The position numbers and the translations under genes were made by a program. A stretch of 64,000 bases of DNA from Amoebophrya sp. A120 (Eukaryota; Protista; Dinoflagellata), in assembly GCA_905178155.1 (NCBI GenBank), contig CAJINV010000002.1, forward strand, positions 7,594,743 through 7,658,742. The letters run 5' to 3'. The notes beneath the pieces are model-generated. The model searched no databases, was not told the origin of the DNA, and was given only the letters and a program-made list of their open reading frames with translations. Positions 12,294 through 23,956 of the stretch are shown in pieces. Every line of letters starts with the position of its first letter. Positions within the stretch are counted from its first letter, which is position 1.

Positions 12294-15200
12294 TTACGAA
12301 ATATCATCGCGATCGCCTTCTATGTCGCTACCATCGTCCCCAGACAGAGACCGCTCGTCGTTCTTCACCGTGCCATCGTAGGCTCTCGGCCCCCCTCTGC
12401 GGCAAATTTCACGGATAATCTCCCAGGCACGGGAATGTAGCGGTGCCGGGCGCCGCTTCGTCGCCGCGCGCCGGTTCAGCGTTTTCCAACGAGCCTTGAG
12501 CACGTCCCGGCTTCGGCAGTTCTCCTTGCACACGGCGGTAGTCTTCAGTCTATCGAAGTCCGCGGCGTAGAGCGGTAGCAGCGGGCTCTTGTTAATCCCC
12601 GCACCGTCGCCTCCGTCAAGTCCGGATGAAGGCACGTCCATTTCCCGTAGTTGGGTAGTAAAATACTGATACTGCCCAAACTGCTCTTTCCTCTATCCGA
12701 AAAAAAATTACCGCAACCGCAAGGATCGATATTACAACAAGTGAACACGAACTGGCATGACAACGACAAGACCCTTCTTCTATCTCGCACAGCCATTTCA
12801 AGCAGTGCCTTCGTAAAAAAAAGCTGCACTTATTGCAACGAGAACGAATCTATGATGCATGTTCTCCGTGTCACAGTTCGACTCCTGCGGTAATAAGTTT
12901 CAATTTGTCTTGCATACCGTCAATGAATACCGGAGTATCTCGTCGTAAAGCAGTTCCATTTCTTGGGACAATTGAGGATCCGGCTTCAAGTGTGGTGGCG
13001 GCTCCACGTAAAGCTTCTTAGTCCCGCCGGATGATTTTTGCGATGCTGCAGACCACGCTGCTTGTCCTTCGGCACCCAAATTCGTTTTCCTTGATGAAGA
13101 GCCCCCTCCTGCTGGTGACAACTCCCGCAACACTTTTTGCTTTCGCCCCTCTTTGTGCCGCATCGCCAAGTCGTGTATTGTGTCACACTGTCGCTTGTTT
13201 TCGCGCAGCGAGTACCAATACTCCGCTTTGCCCACGGCATTCGCCATGGCCGTGTAACATAACAGGAAGTCTTCGCGCTCCGTGAATTCTACACGACCGC
13301 CGCCGCCACGGGGACGACCTCCTGCTGGACGAAGGGCAAGAGGCGGAGGAGCGCCGCCGGGTAGTAGATCTTGATTTTCTTCTTCATCTTTTCCACGGTT
13401 CTTCGCTTCCAAGTCCACCGATTTATCGTTCTTCTGCATCAGAACCAATTCCGAACTCCTACTGCCTCGGCCGCCTCGTCCCTGCTGTGAAAATATCGCC
13501 CCCTCCTTCTGGTCCTCGTCGTGGTGGAGGTTCATGCGCATGCCATTGCCACGTCGTCCCCCTCGTCGCTGCATCATTTTCTGTTGTTGCTGCTTCTGCA
13601 GGTACAGCTCGATATCGCTCTCCTCTTCGTCCTGGTCGTCTTGTTGTTTCGCAATGACCTGCGCATGGATGTCCTCCTCTTCCATGATCACTGGAAATTC
13701 TTCGGTGACTGCCCTTTTTCGACGCCCAGTGCTGGCGTCTTCGTGATCTAATTGTAGTTGTGCCATGGATTTATACCGATTGACTCGATCCATTTTGTCG
13801 TCCAGAAATGACGACGGGCGCATCTGGTCGATGTGCTTGCGCAGGACTTCAGGCCGGACATCGGCTAGCTGTTGTACCGGGAGGACTTCGACTTTTTCTA
13901 GTTTCGCCAGCATCGATGACACTAGCGGTCCTCGGTACAACACTTGATTTGGATCACTTTGGAACCTAGAGGATGCGCCGGCGCTTTCCTTGCGGCTCAG
14001 CCTCATCAAACTGCTCACGCTGTTGCTCAATACGACTTGATGTTCATCAGAATTGTTGACCTCCGGCGCAGCAGCAAAATTATTCGCAGGCCTGGGGCTG
14101 GTAACTGGGTTGAGCAAGGTTGTGCTTTTCGGCGGCGGGGCCGAGGGTGCGCGGGGTTCGCGCTCGTGAGAAGTGCTGGTCTGTGGTTGATGTTGCCCTT
14201 CTTCGGCGTTCTTGTTCATTCCCTCCCGTCGCGGCCCTCCAAAGTGTGGAAGTGCACTTGCACCTCCTGCTCCTTCATCTGCGCTTCGTGGTGCCGGCGG
14301 TGGCTTTTTGGTGAACAAGGGGATCGCAGACGACGATCCTCCAATGGCATCAAAAGACGCAGCTCCTGACGAAGTAGGTGCTGTGCGTGGAAATGGTTTT
14401 TGAAATGATAGCTTCCGCCCTTGCTGCAGCACCTGTCCTCCGGCTGCCGAAGATGCCAGTCTCGGGGGCATTCGTTCTCCCGGTGCTCCTGATGCAGCGT
14501 TCTTGTTCCGCTTGAACGAAGCCTCTCCCTGCAGCTGGTGGTCCTGTTCCAAAAAATCCGCGACATCTGCCGTTTGTTGTATCAGACCGCTTGGAAGTAG
14601 ACCAGCTCTTGTCTCATCTTCTTGACTCGTCCCACCTGCAGCATCACCGAGATCAAGTTGTGACTTCTCCAGGGAGCGGCTCTTGTTGTAGTTCTTCCGC
14701 AGAGCAAAAGCCTCAGCCGTGTTCATATTTCTCGTAGCTGCCCTGCCTCTACTCTTCAGCAAAGAGTTCATTTTAGTGGAACCGAAAAGAAACGAAGATG
14801 ATGCAGCCTCCACTGCAGCTGCTGAAAAATTTCTCTGCTCGCTAGCGGCAGAAGGCTGCTGATTCAAGTTCGGCACACGATCCTCCTTGATGACATTCAC
14901 ATTCGTCGTCGACCCATCTTTGTGCTGGGCAGCAGCCTGCAGCTGCTTCTTGGTATTCATCACTTTGCTTTTCACGTAGCCACCGTGTCCTTTCCTGAAG
15001 CTTTCTTCGATTTTCGCCGCCCATTCCTCTTTCCTCTGGGCCTTTGCCAAAATGTCCGACAACGGGAAGGCAGGCAAGGCGGCGGTTTTGGGTGCGTCTC
15101 CTTGGTGGTCTTTCTCGTTCATTTCTAGCGCTCCTCCCGTCTGAGTCGTAGTTCCGCCAGTTGTTCCCGCGCCAGCAACGACGTCCTTGAAGGGAGATGC

Positions 15201-16943
15201 AGTTTTGCCAGCCCAGCCGAGTGGCCGCCGACTCCGGTTTCCGAGGGTGGGAGCCATTGGTGGGCGTTGAAAGATTCTATTCGAAGACGTCATCTCCAAT
15301 TCATTTTTTTCCGAGACCGAGTCCGCCAAAACCATGGAACTGAGAACATACTCATTGTTGCCAGAGCCTGAGCCCACAGCACCAGTAGCACCTCCCGTTG
15401 CCTGCTTCTGACCATATGGCTGAAACCTTGCTTCGTCGATTTTCTCGACGGGCGACGGCGATGCAGAGGAGGCGAGTGGCCTCGGCAGGTTCCCGTAGCT
15501 GTAACTGAGGCTCTGTCTCCCGTTATTTTTGCTTGGCGGAGATCTGCCTCGCTGCGGCGATCTGGTCAGCCAGTCGCGGCTTTGATGTTGTTTTTCGTCC
15601 TGCTTCTCGTCGTGCAGCTTTTGCGACAGTGTTCCAGCACCACCAAACGGCAGAGACCGTCGCGGCGCAGTTCTTGCGGCGGGCGGCCGCGGTCCACCAC
15701 GTAGGTCCTCGTCCTCACCGTGCTGCAACAACTTTTCTTTTTCTTGGTCCTGCTCCACCTCCACCCTTTTGGTTGCGAGACATTGCTGCACCAGAACGCC
15801 CTCTGGAAGTTTATTTGCATCTGTAAGTCGAGCGGCCTCCTTCTCAAGTACAACATGGAGTCGCTTCGGCGATATATCTTTCATACACCTCGAGGAAGCA
15901 AGGGACTGAGAACGGGATGAAGCATTTCTGTCCTCATCTTTTTGTCCCGTTTTTCTTCTCTTTTCCGGAAACGCGCTGGTCTCGCGAAGTGGAGTTGTTC
16001 TACCCGCTTCGCCAGCCCCTCGTTCTTGCTGCTGCTGTCCCGTGCGGCCGTCGTCCTCTTCGGCGTCGGCACTGCTGCCTCTGTCCCCCGTCGGCGGCCG
16101 GCGCACATTTTTCTTGTAGTTCTGGCTCGCTGCGGAAAAGTATGGCTGGTTTCCGATGATTTTTTGCTTCCTCGTCGACAATTTCATGCCGCTTCGGTCC
16201 GCTGCGGAACGAGACGGCGGCGAAGGCGAAGGCGACGCCGCTGGGGACGACGTTTTGGCTTTGCCTACGTTCTTTGTGTTTATTTTCACGTGGTCCACGT
16301 GCTGGACGTCATAATCTTTCTTGCCGCTCGTCGTCATATCGCCTCCGAGTCCCGAAGCCTGCTCGTCCTCCCGAAGCGCATTTCCACCTGAAGGACCCAG
16401 AGCAGGCGCAGCCGAAGCCAGAGGACGCTGCTCCACCTGCAGCGTAGTGCTGTAGTTCGCTTGCAGCTTCGTCACGTTCGGAGTTGTTGAAGAAACCTTT
16501 TTGTAGTTTCCTCCGTGAGCTGGCCCTCTCGGCGTGCCGGGCCGCATCTCAGAACTTGTTGACAACGCTGCCGTTGGGGCTACTACTGCTGGTGCCGCTT
16601 TTGCATCTTGATCCGCTCGTAGTTGACCGATTTTTGACTCGCCCGGGCAGGACGAAGATGGTAGCTCACCTGCTTGCGCTTGTGCTAAGGCGGGATCCTC
16701 CTCGCGCCGCTCATTTTTTCTCGGGCCCACCACCTCAGACTGGAGCAGCGCGCCTCCTGTAGTAGAAGTCGTCGCTTCATTTGCGGCAGGAGCGACCTGT
16801 TCGGTCACTGCCACTCTTGGCTCCGGAAGAAACCGGAAGCCGAGGTTCCCACTTTTCGCGTTGACATTTCTCACACCAGGAGAATCACCGTGCAAGGCAC
16901 CACGTACCAATAATAGCCGCGTCCGCGGAGGTAGTGAGGTCAT
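12294..16943 (-). CDS. Large low-complexity hypothetical protein (>1400 aa; long exon plus probable terminal exon ~12294-12640)
   Basis: 1347-codon ORF from ATG 16943; GTATGC donor near 12918; downstream ORF 12294-12641. No recognisable domain. Confidence 0.7.
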
Positions 16944-17602
16944 GGCGGTCTTTTTGTCTTCACGCCAAAAAAGGACGCAACTTCTCTGCCCGCCATGCCA
17001 TCGTGGGTAATGTTATGCACGACGGCACGGAGGTCGCTAAAAATCTCAATCCAGAGGCGGCCTCCTTTTGGTTTCGAATCGAAGAACCTTCCCCGCATGC
17101 TATGGCCCCGCCAGGGCCCGCGCCAGGGTCGGCCTCTCCCTCTTGGGAGCCCCAAATCGGGCCCATAGCATGCGGATTGGCATTTTGCTTTTGGCGGACT
17201 TTGTTTTTTTTGTTCTTTTTTGTCAAAATGCCGCATCTTCTGGCCTTCAGTCCGCCTCTGAAATGGCGGATTTTGAAGGCGTCTTTTGCGGGGCCCGAAT
17301 GTGGGGCAAAATGAGGCCCATACCATGCGGATTCGCTGTTTTTTTCGGAGCGCTGCTTTTTGGGCGCCCATTTTTGGGCGCCCCAAATCGCCAGAAACTA
17401 CGGCGGTGGGCGCCTCAGAAGGGCGCCCCTTTTGCCGGCTCCCCTGCGTCGTTTTATCCAGTGCGAGTCGATAGTTTTCGACCGGGCTTGTTTGCTATCA
17501 AAGCCCCGGCCGCTTGATAAATGGAAATTTTTTATGCCCAAAAACACTTTCGGCCGCTTGGAAACTGCCGGTCGTTTTGGATAAGACATGTCAAAAAGAT
17601 CG

Positions 17603-20600
17603 CTAGGTTAGAACGTTCGTGACCTCACTACATACTACACTTCCTTCTTGCGCAGCGACCGGGGTCTTGCTGATGTCAGGAAATAAGTCCTCTACTTCTT
17701 CGCCGGGGTTTTTAATATCATGATCTTTTTGCCCTTGCTGCTTCTGGAGCATTATGCCGCAACCGAGATCTTTATCATCTGTCGAAAGCTGCAGGCCCTC
17801 GGCAGGCGTTTGCTCTTCTACCGGAAGCACTAGAGTGGTAGCACCGATCTGCGAGGAACAAGAAGGCGCGGGAGCAGCTCCTGATGCTGCTAAAACTAAA
17901 TTCTTTGCCGACGATGAGTGGTGCTTTTGTGGTGCCACTGGAGGTTGTTCCACGTTGATGCTCGCCTGAGCTTCAATACCACCTCCACTCTTCATCCGCA
18001 GCTGTTGTTTCTGAAAATCCTGCTCTTCGTTATCGTCTCTTTTTCTACTTCCACCGAGCTGCGCTTGGCGCTTGAGCCAGTCCAGCCAAGAAAACTCCTC
18101 GGCCGCGTGGAGGTCCGAGGCTGCTTTATTTTCACCACTTTTCCCCCCGTCTGCTGCTCCCGTGCTGCTCGTCGCCGGAAATTCCGGCAAGTCTTCCCAT
18201 TCGTCGAGCCCCTTGAAGGGCGGAAAGTCCAGCATGCGCTCCATGTTCTTCCAGTCACCAAAATCCACTTCGTTTCCGGTCTTCTTCAGGTGGGCCAGGA
18301 ATGCAGCATGCAGTTTGGTCGTCAGATTCATGGAGATGGGCAGCAGCGCGCCGGTCAGCGAGTTGGCGACGCACTTACGGAGCAGTACCGGGTTGATAAA
18401 CGTGGGACTTCTGAGGTCCTCAACTCGCTCTACTTCTGCACGAATGGCTACTCTGTAGCGTTCCTCGTCGTGAACCAAAGACGGAGGTGCTCGCTGTGCT
18501 TGCGCTGGTGGGTCAACATCTAATATTTCGCGGTTCTTAATATCTTCATCGTCTTCCAGTCTTGAAACAACGACAGCGCCGGTTGCTGCCAACACGTCCC
18601 TTTTCGCACCTGCCTTCGTCCCCGTAGTTGATCCCTTCACTAGCTTGTTTGGCACAGCAGACCGCTCTTCAGGCGAAGGGGGAGGGGGTCGCTTTTTCGA
18701 CTTCTGGTCGATTTCCGGCGAAGATGGAATGAACTCTCCGTCCACGTACTGTCTTGCGGCCTGCGGAAACCGCCGGCGCATGCCCTCGGAGAAAAGCAAG
18801 TTCTGCCCGTTGGACTCTGCACTGCAGCTGCTCCGTTCGTCGCTGTGCTCGTTGTCGCTGATATTATCTCTCAACATCAGCGGCGGTGGGTTACTATCGT
18901 TTTCGTCATCTTCTTTCGCCGCGTTCTTTCCCACGACTAGCGGCGTACCTGGTGCCGACGCGCCAGATTCGGAGAATGCCAGTTCGATTCGGTCGAACTC
19001 CCCGCGCAGCATTTTCTTGATGGGTTCCAACAAAATGTCGTCGAAATGCTCCTTGCGGTAACGTTCCCACATGTGCAACCCCCAGCACCGCTCCGTGAAA
19101 GCCTTCACAATGATCTCTTCGTTGGAAAACAGCGGATCGATACGGCCGGTGCTGTAGTCATCATAATGACCTCCAAACTTACTCAGATTTGTATTGCTCG
19201 AAGAAGTTGCAGCTCTACCGGACCCCATATCTCCTGCTCGAGCATGTACCTGGTCGTCCATCCGATCCCCTTCCATTTGTAGCGTGCTCAGGTTCAACAT
19301 CTGCGCTCGGACTTGCTGATCGTAGAGCGGAATCAGGTAGTTGTCGACCAATTTCTGCCGCACTTTCAGGTCGGGATCTTCGTCGGCTTCCTCCTTCAAG
19401 GAGGGAAGTAGCCGCTCCTCGCTCGCTTTGCTTTTCTCATTCTTGTTTGTTCCTGCTTGACCAAGCTTGTGTTTGAAATTTGCACTATCGTCTTGGTCCT
19501 CCGCGAGTTCAAAAACCTGGTCCAGGTACTCGTAGAGGATAAAGAAGAGTGGAAAGCAAGTGGAAGAATCGCCAGAAGTACTAGATCCAGCTGGAGGAGC
19601 TGTAGCAGAAGGCATCAAACAGTTGTCGATTTTTCTCAGAACCCGGCACAGCTCGTTGCTGAGCATGTTCTCGTTCCTCGCTGTGGACAAAGACGAGGAC
19701 AATCTTCGTCCTTGTTTTGCAGCGGCAATCCCAGTTGTAGATGACCCTGCTGCTCCAGTTGCAGATGAGCCACCTGCTGGTGCCCCCTTTGCTAGTACTC
19801 CTGCTCCCGGGGGAGAAAACCCCACGCGGAGGCAATGGTGGAGAAACAAGATAGCGAAGAAATTATCGGTGGTGCCATTTGTTGGTGAATGATCGTCATG
19901 ATGTGTTGTTAATCGCCTCTTCCCCTGCCGCAGCCGCCTGTCCTCTTCTTTCAGCCAAGCGAGCTTTTTCCGCAGCTCACCAAAGGGCTCCTTCGGTCGC
20001 GCGCGGCGGTGCAGGTAGGCTTTAGGCACGCCTTCGTTGACGCCCATGTACTTGGAGACAATCTCGCAAATCAACTTGTGCTTGGTCGAATCGCGGAGAA
20101 GCGTCGCGCGGTTGGGAGGTGTAGGAGGCGGGACAGGTGCTGGAAACTTCTCTGCGAGGTCGAGAAAAGCCTGGTCCTGTGGTTCCCGCTGTGTTGGTGC
20201 TGGCCCCGCCGCTGCCGCGCCATCCACTTTTGTAAAAGGTTGCTCTTCTTTATGTTCGACTTGTACTAGCGGTTCTTGCCCCTCTTTTCCATCCTCATCC
20301 TCTACTTTGTCGACCGATGACTTGGCGCTGTGATACGCGGCTGAAGACGAGGACCTACTGGTTTTTCTCCTGACTGATTCACTTCGAACCAGATTTTCAT
20401 TTCGATTTTTCGATGAAAAGTCACCAGAACTTTCGGCTGGTGCAGGATCCCGACCTCTCTTCTTGTTCACGACCACGTCGCGAATGGCATGTAGTTGTGC
20501 AGACAAGGCCGGAGGAACAACCGACTGCGTGGGTTCCAAAAGCTGCGTCTGCTCCACCTGCGCACCACGAGGACCACTTTTTGGTGTCTTTACTTCTTCT

Positions 20601-21913
20601 TTGTGTCGTAAGCTTTCATTTTTCGAAGAGGAACTACAACTACCTGAGCCTGCGACAACTGCGCTTCCTTTACTTCCATGTCCTTTGAAGGTGGGCGGCA
20701 ATGGTGGTCTCGCCGATGAAAAGGATGTAGATGAAGCGCCCCCTCCGGGTCGTGAACCTTCTGCCATTTTCTTCATACTGTTGACTGCCGTGCCAGCGGT
20801 ATTTTGTGCTTCTACTGCGTCATCATGCTCAGTTTTTTTCTTCCCTAGTACGACCGGCATCTGGTGCGCATCCGCGGGTATCAGCCCCTTCTTCGGTGAC
20901 AGAGACACAGAGCTGGCTTTTGGTTTTGCCTTCGCTTTCGCAATGGACGCCACGCCATTGTGTGAAGATGAAGTATATTTTGTAGTTTCCTTATCTGCGG
21001 TGAGAGCGTTAGTGGAATTGCTGTTGATGGTCTTCTTGTTGGTATTTTTTCCCTTATCGACTTGCTGGCCTTTTGAGCTCGAGGAAAAAGATGACGCGGA
21101 GGAATTCTTTATGTCACGGCCGGCCGCGTGATCCTCATGTGATTTATGACCTTCAAGAAGCACACTGCCCTTTATCTTCGTCTTGGTCTTGCTCGAGGAT
21201 GCCGATGCGGCTGCTTCCGAGTTCTTCACCGGCACTACCTCTTTTTTGCCTTTTTCCTTTTTTTGCGCAGCAGCAGGCGCTGCTGGTAGTTGTCCCACCT
21301 TCGCCGTCTTTTTATCGTTGGATTTCTTCACGGCCGCACTTGCTCCTTTCGATGCCGTTTTCTTCGTGGCTACCGTCTTCTTTGTTGAAATCTTTTTCAT
21401 GGATGATTTCTGTTTTTTCCCAACTTTCTTCATAGCTTGCTTCTTCATTTTCACACTGCTTTTCTTCATCGGCTGCGCACCACCACGAGGAACAGACTCG
21501 CCTTTATTGACGTTGCCACTAGAACTCTTGCCTGTAGAGCTACTTTTAGCTTTCTCCTTAGGCCTTTCGCCCCCTTTGCTAGATGAAGATGAAGCACCAC
21601 TACCAGCTGGCGCAGCACCAGCAGCGGCTTTCGTCTTGGCCGCTGGCGCAACTGGCGCTACTGGGGCTTTCGTCATCATCTTTTTCGTACTCTTCATGGC
21701 TGCTGATGCCGCTCTAGTATTTGCGGAGGACTGGGCTTTTCGCGGACGGGAAGATGAAGATGCACCAGTAGCAGTTGCACTCCTCGAACCTGTCGCATTC
21801 GAAGTTCCTCGTCGTGTAGCAGGTCGAGAGGCCGAACGACCGCGATTTTTATCCTTACTGCTAGAACCAGCCACTGGCTTCCGCGGGCGTGGCCCACTTC
21901 CGGGTCCACCCAT
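17603..21913 (-). CDS. 1436-aa hypothetical protein with Lys/Ser/Ala-rich basic N-terminus
   Basis: Uninterrupted ATG-to-stop ORF. No recognisable domain. Confidence 0.8.
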   Translation of the reverse strand: MGGPGSGPRPRKPVAGSSSKDKNRGRSASRPATRRGTSNATGSRSATATGASSSSRPRKAQSSANTRAASAAMKSTKKMMTKAPVAPVAPAAKTKAAAGAAPAGSGASSSSSKGGERPKEKAKSSSTGKSSSGNVNKGESVPRGGAQPMKKSSVKMKKQAMKKVGKKQKSSMKKISTKKTVATKKTASKGASAAVKKSNDKKTAKVGQLPAAPAAAQKKEKGKKEVVPVKNSEAAASASSSKTKTKIKGSVLLEGHKSHEDHAAGRDIKNSSASSFSSSSKGQQVDKGKNTNKKTINSNSTNALTADKETTKYTSSSHNGVASIAKAKAKPKASSVSLSPKKGLIPADAHQMPVVLGKKKTEHDDAVEAQNTAGTAVNSMKKMAEGSRPGGGASSTSFSSARPPLPPTFKGHGSKGSAVVAGSGSCSSSSKNESLRHKEEVKTPKSGPRGAQVEQTQLLEPTQSVVPPALSAQLHAIRDVVVNKKRGRDPAPAESSGDFSSKNRNENLVRSESVRRKTSRSSSSAAYHSAKSSVDKVEDEDGKEGQEPLVQVEHKEEQPFTKVDGAAAAGPAPTQREPQDQAFLDLAEKFPAPVPPPTPPNRATLLRDSTKHKLICEIVSKYMGVNEGVPKAYLHRRARPKEPFGELRKKLAWLKEEDRRLRQGKRRLTTHHDDHSPTNGTTDNFFAILFLHHCLRVGFSPPGAGVLAKGAPAGGSSATGAAGSSTTGIAAAKQGRRLSSSLSTARNENMLSNELCRVLRKIDNCLMPSATAPPAGSSTSGDSSTCFPLFFILYEYLDQVFELAEDQDDSANFKHKLGQAGTNKNEKSKASEERLLPSLKEEADEDPDLKVRQKLVDNYLIPLYDQQVRAQMLNLSTLQMEGDRMDDQVHARAGDMGSGRAATSSSNTNLSKFGGHYDDYSTGRIDPLFSNEEIIVKAFTERCWGLHMWERYRKEHFDDILLEPIKKMLRGEFDRIELAFSESGASAPGTPLVVGKNAAKEDDENDSNPPPLMLRDNISDNEHSDERSSCSAESNGQNLLFSEGMRRRFPQAARQYVDGEFIPSSPEIDQKSKKRPPPPSPEERSAVPNKLVKGSTTGTKAGAKRDVLAATGAVVVSRLEDDEDIKNREILDVDPPAQAQRAPPSLVHDEERYRVAIRAEVERVEDLRSPTFINPVLLRKCVANSLTGALLPISMNLTTKLHAAFLAHLKKTGNEVDFGDWKNMERMLDFPPFKGLDEWEDLPEFPATSSTGAADGGKSGENKAASDLHAAEEFSWLDWLKRQAQLGGSRKRDDNEEQDFQKQQLRMKSGGGIEAQASINVEQPPVAPQKHHSSSAKNLVLAASGAAPAPSCSSQIGATTLVLPVEEQTPAEGLQLSTDDKDLGCGIMLQKQQGQKDHDIKNPGEEVEDLFPDISKTPVAAQEGSVVCSEVTNVLT

Positions 21914-23956
21914 CTTTGCGATAACTTCTCTATCCGTTTAATATAGGGAAGTAAGTTCTTCGTACTACGTACCTGCTCACAAGGAGTTCTTTGCAGCAGC
22001 TGGTGTAATTTATTATACTGGTAAAAATTCGCTCTTGTTTATCACCAAGCAAACACGACAAAGACAAAGGACTCTATGAAAGACGGGTGAAAGTTAGTGT
22101 TCATTCTCATATACGTTCTATTGGGGTCTTCATGCCGGGGTCAAGCGTTACTCTGCCCCGCGCCTGCGTGCGGGGAGAAGAAAAAGAAGGGGAGGTAGAC
22201 CACGACTACGAAGTAGTTGAGTACATACAATCGATATCGATAGCACCAAGCTCGACGATAAGGATAATGTGCTTATGTTTCGACGCGCTTCGTGTATCTT
22301 TGTCAGGCTCAGGACATCTAATTGTGCGGGGAAAATGTCAATGACAAATAAATCGGGGAACGGGAACGCCATGCTTTGACTAAGAATAAATCCACTTGCG
22401 TCTCCACACACAGCTTGTACATGATAAGCATCGATGCCGATCGAGAACATGGGCGTCTCTATGCCTACGCGTCTCTTCTGGCAGGCTCTTGCAGAGTCAA
22501 GTAGTAGTTGTCTCGCTCGTCAAACTCGATTAACAGTAATTACCAACATCAACAAAGTGTAGAAATCTACCGTGGTGGTACAATGAGGGGGGGCTCGGGC
22601 TGCAGCCTCAAATATTTTAGCTTCGTCAGTCTCTCAGCACATTAATGAATAATTTTTCCCTAACGGATCACGCTCGGGGGACTGTTTCTGAAACACAACA
22701 ACAAGGTAGACGTAGAGCTGGCTTCCTGATACAATTTGATAGAAACTACAGGCTGACATCCAGATTTGACACATGATGTGAACTGCGAAAACAGGACGAG
22801 GAAGATGAGCAGGTCTGTAGAACCCCGGTTTTCCTACATCACTGGGTGTACTTGACATGCTTCTTGCGCTGGTAAAGTACAGCAGCTCAGTCGCTAGTAG
22901 CATGTCGCAATTTTCATCTTCATTCATTCCGAGAGCAGGTTGCATTTTCTCTAATCGGTGCATTTTCAACTGGCATTTTCCTGGGTGGTCATTCTTCTAC
23001 TTCGATTGTCAATCAATTGAATACCGGATGAAACAGAAACGCGTCTAAATTTTAACCGATGCTGCGCACGGCTAAAGTACAGTAAAATCTAGTATCGATA
23101 CAAAGTCAAAGTTGCAACCCCAGCCGTGCCAACACTTTTGGTTTTGTTTTTGAAACCTTAAAAGCGAAACCTTCATCTTGCGGAATAACCGGTGGTTATT
23201 CATGTGCTGAATCAAGATAAAACTGAACATAGAGCGGTTATCCACTTTGGATGTCTAAATTTGCTTTCAAACCATCATACCCGATGATGATGCTATCAAT
23301 CGCTAAAAAAGCTAAGATGTCTTCATTGTTAGTTTCAAGTCAAGCTGCTGTCCTGCATGATCTTCATCGGTAGACAGTGCGTTGAGAAATACTAAAACAG
23401 ATTCCGATTGCTCAGACCTGTACATATTTGCCCGTCTTTTTGTCAAAGCGAAACAATGGCTCCTCGTCCTCCTCTGCTACCTGCGTCAAAAGCTATGCCC
23501 AGCAAAATCACCAACTATTCTTTATTGATGTGCAGTGTAAACTCTTTTTTCTTCTATCTCAGTTCTAGTTTTTGTTTTAGTCTCGCCCATCCACAACCAC
23601 AGCTAAGCGTAAGCAGTAGCGAAACAAAGGATGTATTGCAATTTTTCAATTGACTGGTGAGACTGCAAGAAGTATGTTTCCTTTCAACGTCACGCACACA
23701 AATGTGGTGTTGGTGATTTTTCTTGGCATAAATTTCGGAACCGGTTCACTTCGTCGTCCTCGATTTGAAATTGCTGCTGGATGGCCTTCATGCGCTTCTC
23801 GCCCTGTTTGTTGAGTCAAAAAGTGTTTTCGAGCATTTGGATATTTGTAATGATGCAGCCGAATCACCATGATTTTGCAGATGTTGAATCTGAACTTTTT
23901 TTTTCGATAATCACGCGTATCAACACTAGCACTACATTCTCCTTCTACAATACTTA

